Of a stretch of 64,000 nt of DNA, positions 1-12,820 are shown in pieces. The stretch's first letter is position 1, and every line of letters begins with the position of its first letter. The DNA is from Anaeramoeba ignava BMAN. Taxonomy: Eukaryota > Protista > Anaeramoebae. The stretch spans positions 186,001-250,000 of the forward strand of contig JAPDFW010000057.1 of NCBI GenBank assembly GCA_028826165.1. The letters run 5' to 3'. A model generated the notes under the pieces. That model made no database searches, was not told the DNA's origin, and worked only from the letters and a program-made list of their open reading frames with translations. A program made the translations under genes and the position numbers.

Positions 1-55
1 ATTAAATTTTCAATTCATTTCAAATTGAAAAAAAAAAAATATAACAACAAAAAAG

Positions 56-585
56 GAAGTATTTTAGTTTTTAATAAAAATCAAGATCCAAAATTTTATA
101 ACATTTCCAAATTAAGATCAATGGGAATCCTTATAATTGATACAGGAATCAAAAGAAATACAGCTAAAATGGTCAAAATTGTTAGTGATTTATATTCAAA
201 ATTCCCAAAAGTTGTAGATAAAATATTTGAATCTATGAATCAAATAAGTCTTGAATCAATTGAAAATTTAGAAAATTTTGAGAATTTGGAAGAAGAACAA
301 AAGGAAGAAAAAATAATAGAAAATTTACAGCAATTAACCGAATTATCACATTGTTTATTAAATTCACTTGGAGTTGGGCATCCAAAAATAACTGAAATTA
401 CTCAAATTTGTAATGAATTTGGGATTAAATGTAAAATTACTGGTGCTGGAGGTGGTGGTTGTTGTTTCTGTTTATTTTCTAAAAATCAAAGAGAAAAAAT
501 TGAAAAAATTATGTTAAAACTTAATCAAATAAAAATTAAAAGCTTTATTACAAGCTTAGATAAAGAAGGTGCTATATTGATTTAA
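56..585 (+). CDS. MVK: Mevalonate kinase (GHMP kinase), last exon; 5' exons lie upstream of the window
   Basis: ILIIDTGIKRNT, LLNSLGVGHP and KITGAGGGGC (GHMP motif III) match mevalonate kinase. Probable acceptor ..aaaag at ~55. Confidence 0.85.
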
Positions 586-668
586 ACAAAAATAGATGAA
601 ATAAAATTATTATCAAAAATAAAAACAAAACAAAACAATTTTTTTTTTTATTTTTTTTCTTTTCTAAA

Positions 669-2510
669 ATGGATCCTCTAGATTTTATAAGAGCAATTGA
701 TGAAAATGATTTACAAAAAATTAAAGAAATTTATCAACAAAAACCTGATTTTAATGATTTATTTCCTGTTCCTTTTATTAATTAACAAAAAAGAGAAAAA
801 CTTTTTATTATTAAAAATAAAACCAATTTTAAAAAAACAAATTTAGAAAGTAAAATTTAAAAATTTTAAATTGAATTAAAATTCATAATTAAATTTTAAA
901 TCAAAGACAAATCACATGACTCCTCTTGATAAAGCTTTAAGAAAAGGTGCTTCTGAAGAAATTATTAGATTTCTTTTAACAACAGAAAAAATTGATATTA
1001 ATGCACCAAATGTAAATAAAATTAAAATTAAAATTAAAATTAAAATTAAAATTAAAATTAAAATTAAAATTAAAATTGGAATTAAAATTAAAATTAAAAT
1101 AGAATGTTGGTTTGTATTTTAAATTAAATTATTTTAATTTAATTAAATTTAACTTATATTTTTTTAGTAAATATTTTATTTAGTTTTTATTTTTGAAAAT
1201 AATAATTATATTATTATTTCTTTTAGGGAGATACTGCTGTTCATCATGCTTGCTGGTTTCATAAAAGAACGAATATTATTAAATTACTTATTGAAGCAGG
1301 AGGAGATATTAATTATAAAGATGTAAATAAATTTAAATTTAAATTTCCAAAAAAAAAAATAATATTAAATTTATTTTTATTTAGCATGTAAAAATCAAAA
1401 TCAAAATCAAATAAATTTAATAATAATAATAATTGTTTTTTTATTAATTTAGTATGTATTTTTTAGATATTTTTTTAGATATATTTTTTTAAATATTTTT
1501 TTTGAATTAAATAGGATTATACTCCAGTTCATTATGCTACAATAGGGAATTCAAGTGAAGAAATTTATCTTTTTACTTGCTGATTATAATGGAGATTTTA
1601 CTATTCCTGATGTTTGGAAAATAAATAATATTTAATCTCTTTTTTTTTTGGAAAATGAATTAAAAATTAATTATAAAACAAAAATAGCATGTAAAATTTG
1701 GAACATTCTTTTTCAAATTCAATCTAAAAGAAAATAATTTATAAATTAATTTATTTAGTCAGTAATTATTTTTACTTTAGAATAAATCAAAAGAAATAAT
1801 AATAAATATTTAAATTATTATTTTAGAAAAAAACACCTTTAGATTATGTTAAAGATGAAAAACTAAAACAAAAAATATTGAATAGAATTCAAACAAGAAA
1901 ATCTATTAATCAAGATTTTTTAGTTTTATTTGAAAGAAAAGAATTTACAGATTCAAAATTACAATTACAAGATGGAGAAATTTCATTTCATAAATTAATA
2001 GTTAAATCAAGAATAGGAGAAAAATATGATTCTTTAATGGATATTTTACAAAATAAAAAGAAAAATGAAGTTGAAGATTTTCTCAAGTTTATTTATTCAT
2101 CAATTTTTGAAAATTCTGAAGTTATTAATGATATTTTAAATCAAATTGGAATTCAAAATCAAGAATTAAATGTTGTAAATTATGAAAAACTTTATCAAGA
2201 AGAAGAAAGTAAAGATTTCAAAATTTTATTTGAAGATGGAGTTGTACTTGCTCATAAAATAATTTTAATAGCAAGAAGTGATTTATTTAGAGGACTTTTT
2301 TTAAGTGTTGTTGATGAATCAAATCAAGTACATGATTATAGTGGTATTTCAAAAGATGCATTTAATGTTTTGATTAAATTTCTTTATACTGAAAAACTTG
2401 ATTCAAATATTCCTCAAAATATTCTTCAAGATTTACAAGAAAAAATTGATTATTTTCAATTAAATGAAAATTCTTCACTTGATGAAAAAATTAAAGAAAT
2501 TTTAAAATAA
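669..2510 (+). CDS. Ankyrin-repeat + tandem BTB protein with micro-exons. Exons 669-767, 847-849, 907-1011, 1103-1108, 1227-1322, 1385-1387, 1453-1455, 1515-1611, 1688-1690, 1759-1761, 1827-2510
   Basis: Manual splicing at GT/AG gives MDPLDF..DLFP-K-TNHMTPLDKALRKG..INAPN-NV-GDTAVHHAC..INYKD-H-Y-DYTPVHYA..TIPD-H-S-KKTPLDY, then BTB (HKIILIARSDLFRGLFLSV). It needs a 1-nt deletion in the T-run at ~1570-1574 (probable consensus error). Confidence 0.8.
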
Positions 2511-2692
2511 TTTTGAAAAAAGGAAAAAAAGGAAAAAAGAATTTTTATTTAAGAAAAAAAAAAGTGGAATTAGGGAAAAATTATTTTTTTTTTTTGGAAA
2601 TTGATAATTAATTCTTATTTGATTTTTGAATAATTTACAAATTTGGTTAATAAATTTCCATTTTAAATTTTAAATTTTAAATTTTAAATTTT

Positions 2693-4589
2693 TCATTTTT
2701 TTGCTTCTTCAAATGTTATTCCTTTTGGTGAATAACTTGGAAAAAGAATAGTTCCAGAATTTAAAATTTGGATAATTTGTTTAAAACTTGGTCTTGAAAC
2801 TGGATTTTTATCCCAACAAGCTTGAATTAAATCTGATAAACTTTTTGGAACATTATCAGGAAGAGTTGGTCTTAAATCTTCATTTAAAACACCAACAGCA
2901 ACTTGAATAGGATTTAATCTATCATAAGGAATTTTTCTTGCAACAAGTTCATATAAAACAATAGCATAAGAAAAAACATCAATTTTTTCATCATATTTAA
3001 TATTAGCCAATATTTCAGGAGCCATCCAATAATAACTTCCTTTAAAATTTTAAAATTTTAATTAAAATTAATATTAAAATAAATATTTTCAATTATTTTA
3101 ATTATTCACCAATTAAACCAGTCATAACATTTTGATCTTGTTTCATTCTTGACATTCCAAAATCACAAATTTTAACATTATATTGTAAATCAAGTAAAAC
3201 ATTCAAAGATTTAAGATCACGATGTAGCATTCCAGAACAATGCAAATAATTCATTCCTCTAGCAATTCCAAGAAGAATATTTTTCATTTGAGAACTACTC
3301 AAAACAATATCTTTTTTTTTATGAATCAAATCAAACAAAGAACCTCCTTCCATAAACTCTGTAATAACACAATAGGGTTCTTTAATCATATGAGCACCCA
3401 TAAAAAGAACAATATTTGGATGTCTTAAAGCACCCATCACTTCAACTTCCTGTCTAAAACTTTCAATATTTTCATCATTAATTTTTTCAGGAAGAAGAAC
3501 TTTAATTGCAACTTCAGTTCCTTCCCAAACACCTTTATAAACCTTTCCAAATCCTCCAACACCAACTAATTTATTGAATTTCAAATCATTTGGATCAATT
3601 TCCCAATTCGAATATAATTTACTAAATGATGTTGTTTGTTGTTTTGGTTGTTGTTTTTGTAGAATATTTTGCAGAATATTTTGTGGTGATTGGTTCATAT
3701 CTTTTGGTGAAAAACTTAAGGCATCAAATTGGAATAAATCTTGTCTTCTTTGATTTTGATTTCCAAAATTCATGTCATTTCCATTATTCAAAGTTATTCC
3801 AAAACTAAAATTATCTTGAGCAAGAAATGAGGATTGATTGGGTGATCTTGCTTGTGAAAATCCTTGTTTTTCATTAATAATTTGATTATTTGGATCAATA
3901 TTGATTCTTCCTTGTTTTTCTTGAGTAAAATAAAAATAAAATGCTTGATTAATTCTTGATTGAATTGTCTTGATTCTTGACTCAATCATTTCAAATACAT
4001 TTTGTTTGTCTGTGTGTTGTGAGCGTCTTGATAATAACTTTTCAAATTGTTTTTTTAATGATATTAAATCCTTGATTATTTCTGTCTGTTTAAAATGTAT
4101 TTTTATTTTGTCAGAAACTTCATTTTCATGATAACCAATTAAAAATAATATTTCAATTATTCTTCTTGTTTGATTTTCTAATTCATTTTCAACTGTATCT
4201 GGATGATAAGATAAAGAATTTTGAAGCCAACGTTTTCCACTATATTTTTCTATTACTCCCTTTGAATCTGTTATTATTATTTCCATTTCTTTAATCAATT
4301 CATTTTGTATCTCCTTTTGACTCTCTTTTTTCCATTTAATTTTAAATTTTAATTTAATATTAATTCATCTTTTTTTTTCTTTATTTAATTTTAATCTTTA
4401 TTTATGTTCTTTTGATTTTTGTTTTGTTATTTATTGTTGTATTATTTATTATATCTTTTAGTGTGTTTTTTTATTATTACTTCTTAAAAAATCTGTTGCA
4501 AATATTAAATTTGATAAAAATGTATTAAATTTAATTTGATGAACTTGTGATTCATTAATTATTTTTGAAACTTCAAGAATCTGTTTCAT
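2693..4589 (-). CDS. TKL-group (Raf/MLK-like) Ser/Thr kinase with helical N-terminal region. Exons ~4589-4481, 4324-3110, 3039-2693
   Basis: GVGGFGKV, VAIK, HRDLKSLN, DFG; splicing 3109-3040 restores GSYYWMAPE. The start may extend to 4626 if a 1-nt error is present. Confidence 0.88.
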
Positions 4590-5054
4590 AATTTTTAATT
4601 TAATTTCTTTTTCTTTGAATTTCCATATTTTGATTAAATTAAAAAAATTGAAAAAAATTGAAAAAAAAAATGAAAAAAAAATGAAAAAAAAATTTTTTAT
4701 TCTTTTTGTTTTAAGTTATTATTTTATTTGGATTCCAATTTAAATTCTTTTTATTTTTATTTATTTAAGTTTATTTTATGCAAAGAGTTTTATTTTTTTT
4801 AATTTAGATCTTTTTATTTTTTTATTTAAAAAATTTAAATATAAAAATATAGAAAATGAATTCAATAATAATAAAGATTATATTTAGAAATATTTTATTA
4901 AATATAATTTTAAAAACTTTCTATAATTTTTTTTTAAGATTTAAATAAAAATAATAAAAAAAAAATAATAAAAATTTTTAATTTAATTTTTTTTTCATTT
5001 TTCATTTTTCAATTAAAAAACAAAACAAAATTTTCTTTATTCAATTTTTAAATA

Positions 5055-6849
5055 ATGGTTTTTGTTCTTATAATTGGAGATTTCCATATTCCACACAGAA
5101 CATATGATGTTCCTACTCGTTTTAAAAAACTTTTAGTTCCTGGAAAAATTGAAATTATTTTATCAACTGGAAATTTAACAAACAAAGAAACAAGAGAATA
5201 TTTAACAACTTTAGCTTCTGATATTCATGTTGTTAAAGGTGATTTTGATGATGATGTATTTATTCTTTTAATTTTATATTCAAAATTTAATAATTTTATA
5301 AATAATTTTATAAATAATTTTATAAATAATTTTATAAATAATTTAATAAATAATTTTATAAATAATTTTATAAATAATTTTATAATTAATTTTATAAATA
5401 ATTTTATATATAATTTTATAAATAATTTTATAAATAATTTTATAAATAATTTTATAATTAATTTTATAATTAATTTTATAATTAATTTTATAAATAATTT
5501 AATAATTAATTTTATAAATAATTTTATATTTAATTTTATAAATAATTTTATAAATAATTTTATAAATAATTTTATAAATAATTTAATAAATAATTTTATA
5601 AATAAATTTATAAATAATTTTATATTTAATTTTATAAATAATTTTATATATAATTTTATATATAATTTTATAAATAATTTTATTAATAATTTTATAAATA
5701 ATTTTATAATTAATTTTATAAATAATTTTATAAATAATTTTATTAATAATTTTATAAATAATTTAATAAATAATTTTTATAAATAATTTTATAAATAATT
5801 TTATTAATAATTTTATAAATAATTTTATAAATAATTTAATAAATAATTTTATAAATAATTTAATAAATAATTTAATAAATAATTTTATAAATAATTTTAT
5901 AATTAATTTTATTAATAATTTTATATATAATTTTTATAAATAATTTTATAAATAATTTTATAAATAATTTTATAAATAATTTTATAAATAATTTTGTAAA
6001 TAATTTTATAAATAATTTTATAAATAATTTTATAAATAATTTTATAAATAATTTTTATAAATAATTTTATAAATAATTTTATAAATAATTTTATAAATAA
6101 TTTTATCAATAATTTTATAAATAATTTTATAAATAATTTTATATTTAATTTTATAAATAATTTTATAATTAATTTTATAAATAATTTTATTAATAATTTT
6201 ATAAATAATTTTATAAATAATTTTATAAATAATTTTATAAATAATTTTATTAATAATTTTATAAATAATTTTATTAATAATTTTATAAATAATTTTATAA
6301 ACAATTTTATAAACAATTTTATAAATAATTTAATAACTAATTTTATTAATAATTTTATATTTAATTTTATATTTAATTTTATAAATAATTTTATAATTAA
6401 TTTTATAATTAATTTTATAATTAATTTTATAAATAATTTTAATAAATAATTTTAATAAAAAAAAGAATTTAAATCTTCCAGAAAATGATGTTGTTGTAAT
6501 TGATGGAATTAAATTTGGATTAGTTCATGGACATGATGTTATTCCATGGGGAGATCATGATAGTCTTGGAGTTATTCAAAGAAAATTAGGAGTTGATATA
6601 TTAATACATGGACATACTCATGAATTTTCAGCATTTGAATCAGAAGGAAAAATATTTATAAATCCAGGTTCAGTAACTGGAGCTTATTCAGGTTTTACTG
6701 AAGATGTTGTTCCTTCTTTTGTTTTAATGGATATTCAAAAGGAAAAAATTATTACTTACGTTTATAAATTAAAGAATGGTGAATTAGAAGTTAATAAATT
6801 GTTTTTTTCAAGACCAAAAACTAAAGAATCTGATGAAAATTTTGATTAA
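5055..6849 (+). CDS. VPS29: Vacuolar protein sorting 29 (retromer/Retriever). Exons 5055-5255 and 6466-6849
   Basis: [31 protein letters not shown]; exon 2 gives [26 protein letters not shown]. Confidence 0.95.
5285..6455. repeat. 12-bp tandem satellite (ATAAATAATTTT)n filling the VPS29 intron
   Basis: Directly visible; gives the spurious FINN/IKLF ORFs. Confidence 0.95.
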
Positions 6850-6999
6850 TTTCTTCTCTTTCTCTTTCTCTTTATCTTTTTAAATTCCTTTTCTTTTTAA
6901 TCCAAATTTTTTAAATTCAAAAAAATCGGAAAAAAAAAATAATTTCTTTTAATTTCTTTTAATTTTTTTCAATTTAAAAATTTTAAGTTGAATCTTTCT

Positions 7000-9900
7000 T
7001 TAAAAAAATTTAATAATACAAGGTTCTAAATTATTTCCACCATAATTATCAATAAATTCGATTATAGATCGATTTGCTTTCATTTTATTATTAATTGGGA
7101 AATAAAGAATCTGTTTATGATCAGATTTTGGAATTAAAAATTTTTCAACTTCACTTTGTTTTTCAATTTTGTTTTTTGTAATTAAAATTAATGTTATTGA
7201 AAGAAATTGAACTTGAGAAACTGATCCTTCTTCTTCGTTATGCATAATTTTACAAGAAAATCCTGTTACAAATCTTTTTTGAAATGATATTTTAAGCAAT
7301 CTTTCAGAACTTGAATATAAATACAATTTGTTTTTAAAATGTAATTTTTTCAATGAAAATTTTTTCTTTTTCATTCTTTGAAAATTTTCAAATTTTGTGT
7401 TTGTTGTTTTTGAAACATGTGGTTTTGGGATTGGAATTCCTTTGGCAAGAAATCTTCCAAGATGAATTTGACTTTTTGGAGAATTTTCATTATTTTTTTG
7501 ATTATTTTGAGGAATAGAAACTAAAACTGATAAAACTCTTCCAATTTGAATTTCAGGAAATATAAAAGATAAATATTTGGAAGAAGGAATAATTAATTTT
7601 TCAATTTGATTTTCAATTTGAATTTGATTTTGATTTTGATTTTGATTTTGATTTTCATAATAAATTTTTTTTTGTGATTGCTTAATCAATTCCCTTTTTA
7701 AATCCCAAGTGAAATATATTCCTTCTTGATCTGATATATCTTTTCCAATACAAAGAGATATTGTTGGAATATCATCAATATGATACTCTAATGGATCAAC
7801 AACAATATGGAAACTATGAATTTCACAAACACAACTAAAAGCAATCAAAATTTTTATATTTGAAATATCTTTTGGAGCAACAAAATAATATTTGCTAATT
7901 GATTCTAATGGAAATAAAATTGATTTGATTCCAAATGGTGATTTCTCATCTTTAGGAACTGAATTTATAATCCATGATTTGGGATATTCTAAAATATTCA
8001 TAATCTTATTTTGATTAATTTGTCCAAAAATATTGATTTCGTGTGATTTAAATGGTGCTAATATTTCATTTTCTTCAATTTTTTTTTGGATATATTTTTG
8101 AAGAAAATAAGCTTGATTTTTTTTATCAATATTAATAATTCTCGACAAAATAAGCTTCTGATTTGAGAGAATTAAATAGCATTTTTCACAAACATGAACA
8201 GAATTTTGCCATTTATATTCAATTATCTTTTTGTGTTTTAAATTTTTAATTTTTAATTTTTAATTTTTAATTTTTAATTTTTAATTTTAAATTTTTTAAT
8301 TTTAAATTTTTTAATTGATAAATACTGGATATTTTCGAGTTAAACAACCTAAACAAAATTTACGAAAACAATAATAACAATATCCAAATTGTTGATGATC
8401 AAGTTTTTTTGTGCATTTTGGATTTGAACAAATTTCCGAATTATCTTTTTGATTAATCATTTTTTTTAAAAATTGGGATGAACGTTTAAATACAAAACGG
8501 TTTGGATCAAAGAAATCTCGTGAGAATCCTTTTCTCAAAATTTGTTCATTTCTTGTTTGAGTTGAAATATTCAACTCCAATCTAATAAATTCTAACAATA
8601 GAAAATCAGTGAATCGGAATGAGATTTTTTGTTGAGATATAATATTAAAATATGTTGAAATAAAACTTGGATAATCTTTAACATTCTTTATCATCTCATA
8701 TTCCTTCTTTGATAAATTAAATAGATCACAAACAACAACAAAATAGAGAACTTTTTCCAAAAGTGAATCAATATTTTTTGGTTTATGTGGTTTTATTTTA
8801 ATTTCATTTGTGAGGAAAATGTTTTCTGTATCAACAACAATTTCAATGCATTTATTATCTCCATGGATAATTAGAGAAGAATTTGGTGATGTTTTGATAT
8901 CTATATAATTATCAATGATATCGAAAGAGATTTTTGTTTCCAAAACTGATATTTGATTATTTTGATTTTTTTGATTATTTTCATTATTTTCATTATTTTC
9001 ATTATTTTCATTATTTTCATTATTTTGATTATTTTGATTTTTTTGATTATTTTGATTATTTTCGTTATTTTGATTATTTTCATTTTTTTGATTTTTTGAT
9101 TTTTTTGATTATTTTCATTATTTTGATTTTTGATTATTTTCATTATTTTCATTATTTTCATTTTTTCCATTATTTTCATTTGCAATAATTTCAGGTTGAT
9201 TTTCTGATATTTCTTTTAAAACTTGTGAATTTTCTTGAAAAAGAATTCGATTTTTTTCTTTATGATTTTCTTTTTCTTTTTCTTCTATATATTTTAGATG
9301 AACTTGATTATCCTCAATCACAACTTTTTGAGCAATTTTGATTTTTGTTTTTTGAGAAATTGATAAATATTTTGAAAAGAAAAGTTGTTGAGGAAGATCT
9401 ATGAAAGAATTTGAAGGAATTCCGAGAACATCAATTTTTCCAATCAAAAATGATCTTTTTTCTAAAGTTTCTTTTTTTAAATTTTGATTTTGATTTTGAT
9501 TTTGATTTTGATTTTGATTTTGATTTTGATTTTGATTTTGATTTAAATTTTGATTTTGATTTGAATTTGGATTTTCCTCTATATTTTCTACTTTTACAAA
9601 CCAATTATCTTTAAAATAAAATTTTTTCGTCAAATGAATTTTTCTTTTTTGATTTTTTCTTGAATTTATTTTTTGAGATTTTCTCTTTATTTTCCTATTT
9701 GGTTTCTCATCTACTTTTTGTTTTATATTTTGAGAATTTTCAAATAATTGAGGATTAATTGATTCAAAGCCATAAAAAACAATTGAAACAATCCTTGATA
9801 ATGTTAAAAGTTTTATAAATTTTCCTGAATAATCATAAAGAGTATTGGAAAGTCTTGATTTAAAACTAGGGAATATTTGAAAATTTAGTTGTGTTTTATC

Positions 9901-12565
9901 CTTGCATTTTGGGATTGAAATTTTTTGGAAAATTGTTTCTAAACTTTTGATATGATTTCCCATTTTGATATCCATAAAAGAAGGAATAAAGCCCAATTCT
10001 GGAATATTTCGAATTGTTAAACAAATATCAGTAATATAAGAAGATTCTCTGAGAAGTAAAGTAATCTTATTATTTTATTTTATTTTATTTTTGATTTGGA
10101 TTATTTTTTTATATTTTTGATTTATATTATTTTTGATTTATATTTACTTCTGTAAAAGTTGAATTATTTGGAGAAACACAAACAACAGAAGGATCAAAAA
10201 GTATTTGTTCATTTGGATAATCCATTTTTTCTTGGGATTCCTTTTTAGAAGTTGTAAATATCCTTTTTTTCAAAATATCATTAAGAATCCAAGTTGGATA
10301 ATTCGATAAAACCTCAACTTCGTTTTGAAAATTTGTTAAAGTTGAAGGGAAATATTTATACTTATTAATATTCAAAAATATTTCATATAAACTTTGTTTG
10401 ACTTGATCCAAATTTAAATTTTGGAATCTTCTTCTTAATGAAATCATAGCATTGTTTGGAGCATTCGAGAAATTTGATGTGAAACCTCGAATAATTTTGG
10501 AATGCATTGCAGGAGAATTTGTGTATAACAAAGCAATTATATCTCCTCCAATAATGAAAAAATCTGCAATACATTCCGAAATTTGTTTTTCAACAATTTG
10601 ATTAAAATTTGCAATTTCCAAATCAATAAATTTCCAAGTTTGTTTTTGAAATCCAAAATTGATAATTCTTTGAGCCATTTCTGCTGCAATTTGTAAAGAC
10701 ATGACTAAAAAGAATGAATAATTAAAATATTTGTTTTTTTTGTTTTTCAAATTTAAATAACCCTCTTTTGTTTTCTTTTAAGAATTACAAAATGTTGCAT
10801 TGTTTGTTCTATCAAGAGAATCAGCACAATTAAAACGAAGAATTCTTGATTGAAATGATAAAATTTGGGAACTTGCTAAATTTTTTGAAGGACAGATTAA
10901 AGTTGTTCCTTGAATAAAATTAGGTAAAATTTTATTTTTGAAAACAAAAATTTTGCCATGGTTCATATCTCCAGCTATTAAATGCGGTTTTAAAGTATTC
11001 CAAAATCCTTTTATTGTGTTTTCTTTACCAACGGATTTTACATTTTTGCTCCAATCAAAATTAACCAATCTTATGTATCCATTTGTTATGATTTTATTCA
11101 CGTTTCTAATTGAGAGTTGGAAATATTCACTCAATTTTAATTCTTGCTGTTTTGAGTTTTTGAGCAGATTGATCATCACAATAATAATAGAATTTTGCTC
11201 GTTTTCTTCCTCTTTTTTGATGATATTTTTCTTTAAAATCGCATTTTCCTTTTCGTTTGATTTTCGGATTATCTTATTATAATCAACGAATACCTGATAT
11301 CTTTCAATCAATCTTTGATAATATTTTTCTGAGTTTTTGAAGAAATTTTTATAAATGGTAATTTTGGGTGTTGAAACTGTTGATTTTAATGATGTGGACC
11401 ACCAAATGGGAATTGTTCCTCTGCGCCAAATATAGGAATACCATTCAATTTTCTTTTGGTCATTATTGATTTGCTCCTCGATTTCATTCCAACAAACTAA
11501 TTCACATTCCATTTCATTTCCAGGTTCTGTTAATAAAATTAAAGTGCGAACAACAAAATAAAGGTTCAATTTATTATATTATTATTATTATCAAAAAATC
11601 AACTTTGAATTATTTTCTTTATTACCTCCAAACTGATTAATTCCTCTTGCATGATATCTAGTTCCAGGATTTAAAACAGTTTTTCTTCCAATTATCCAAA
11701 AATTGATATTTTTGAAATTTTTGATATTTTGTGAAAAAGTAAATCCTTGAAGCATAAAAATACAATGTTTTGGTAATCCAATTTTTTCAAAAGGTGTTCT
11801 TAAATGGTTATTCCAGCAAAAAATTAATCCAGATTCTTCATTTCTATTCCCACAAAAGCAAATCAAAAAAAATTTGAAATTAAAATTTAAATTTAAAATC
11901 AAAATTTAAAATCAAAATCTACTCTTCTTGTTCTTCTTCTTTCGATTTTTCTTTAAATATCAATGGAAAAGGTTTTGTTATATCAATATTTTCACTGTAA
12001 TAATGGAAATTTTTAATTGGAAATTTCTTCATTCTTTTTAAAGCTTTCAATTCATCTCTAATAAATAGATAAATAAATTTTTTTTTAAAATTCAAATAAA
12101 TTTCTTTTCCTTTTTCCTTTTCAAATACTTTGTAGTTGGAATTCTAGAATTTAAAGATATTTTAATCCATTTTGTTTCTGTAATTGTATTCACATTATAA
12201 CCTTCAAATAAATTACTTGATCGAGTCTTTTTTTTTTTGAAGAAAATTAAGAAATAGAAGAAATATATATTTTTAAACAAAAGAAAAGTTGAAAATATTT
12301 TTCTTTTTTTTTATACTTCTGTTGCAATAATAATATATGAAATGTTGCACATATTTGTGTATCCAATCAAAGCTTGAGCATTATATTCTTTTTGTATTGA
12401 ATTATTTGTTGATATTAAATAATTTAAAGCATCTTCTTCATTATTAAATAAATCAATTCCATGAATTCCATTATAAAATAATTTTCCAGTTAATAAATCA
12501 ATGGAAATTACTTGAGTATCTATTCTATCAGATAAAGATGAAATGATAAACTTGATTTTTTCCAT
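7000..12565 (-). CDS. SAC9: SAC9-type phosphoinositide phosphatase with C-terminal Cys-rich (FYVE-like) zinc finger, 8 exons
   Basis: NPGTRYHARGIN, GNEMECEL, WRRGTIPIWW and catalytic RFNCADSLDRTN. All 7 introns are GT-AG and phase-consistent. Frameshifts occur in the ENN repeat at ~8940-9190. Confidence 0.85.
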
Positions 12566-12820
12566 TTAATTTTTATTTAAATTTAATTTAATTTTTTTTC
12601 ATTTAGTTTTTTTTTTTACATAATTTCCAGTTAAAGTTTTTATAATTTTATGTTTTGTTTTTCTTATAATTGGATTCATATTAAAAAAGGGAAAAAAAAT
12701 TAAATAATTTTCCAATTAAAATTATTTTTTTTATATTTTTTCTTTCTATTAAAAAAAAATGAAAAATTAAAAATTTTTTTTCATTTTTCATTTTTTCAAA
12801 TTAAATTAAATTTAAATTAA

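Noticed and set aside
5256-6465. FINN/IKLF, ILIL, FNFN, KIKI and FDFD ORFs here and throughout the window
   Set aside because: They are translations of intronic or intergenic satellites, or antisense/off-frame readings of QN/EN coding tracts.
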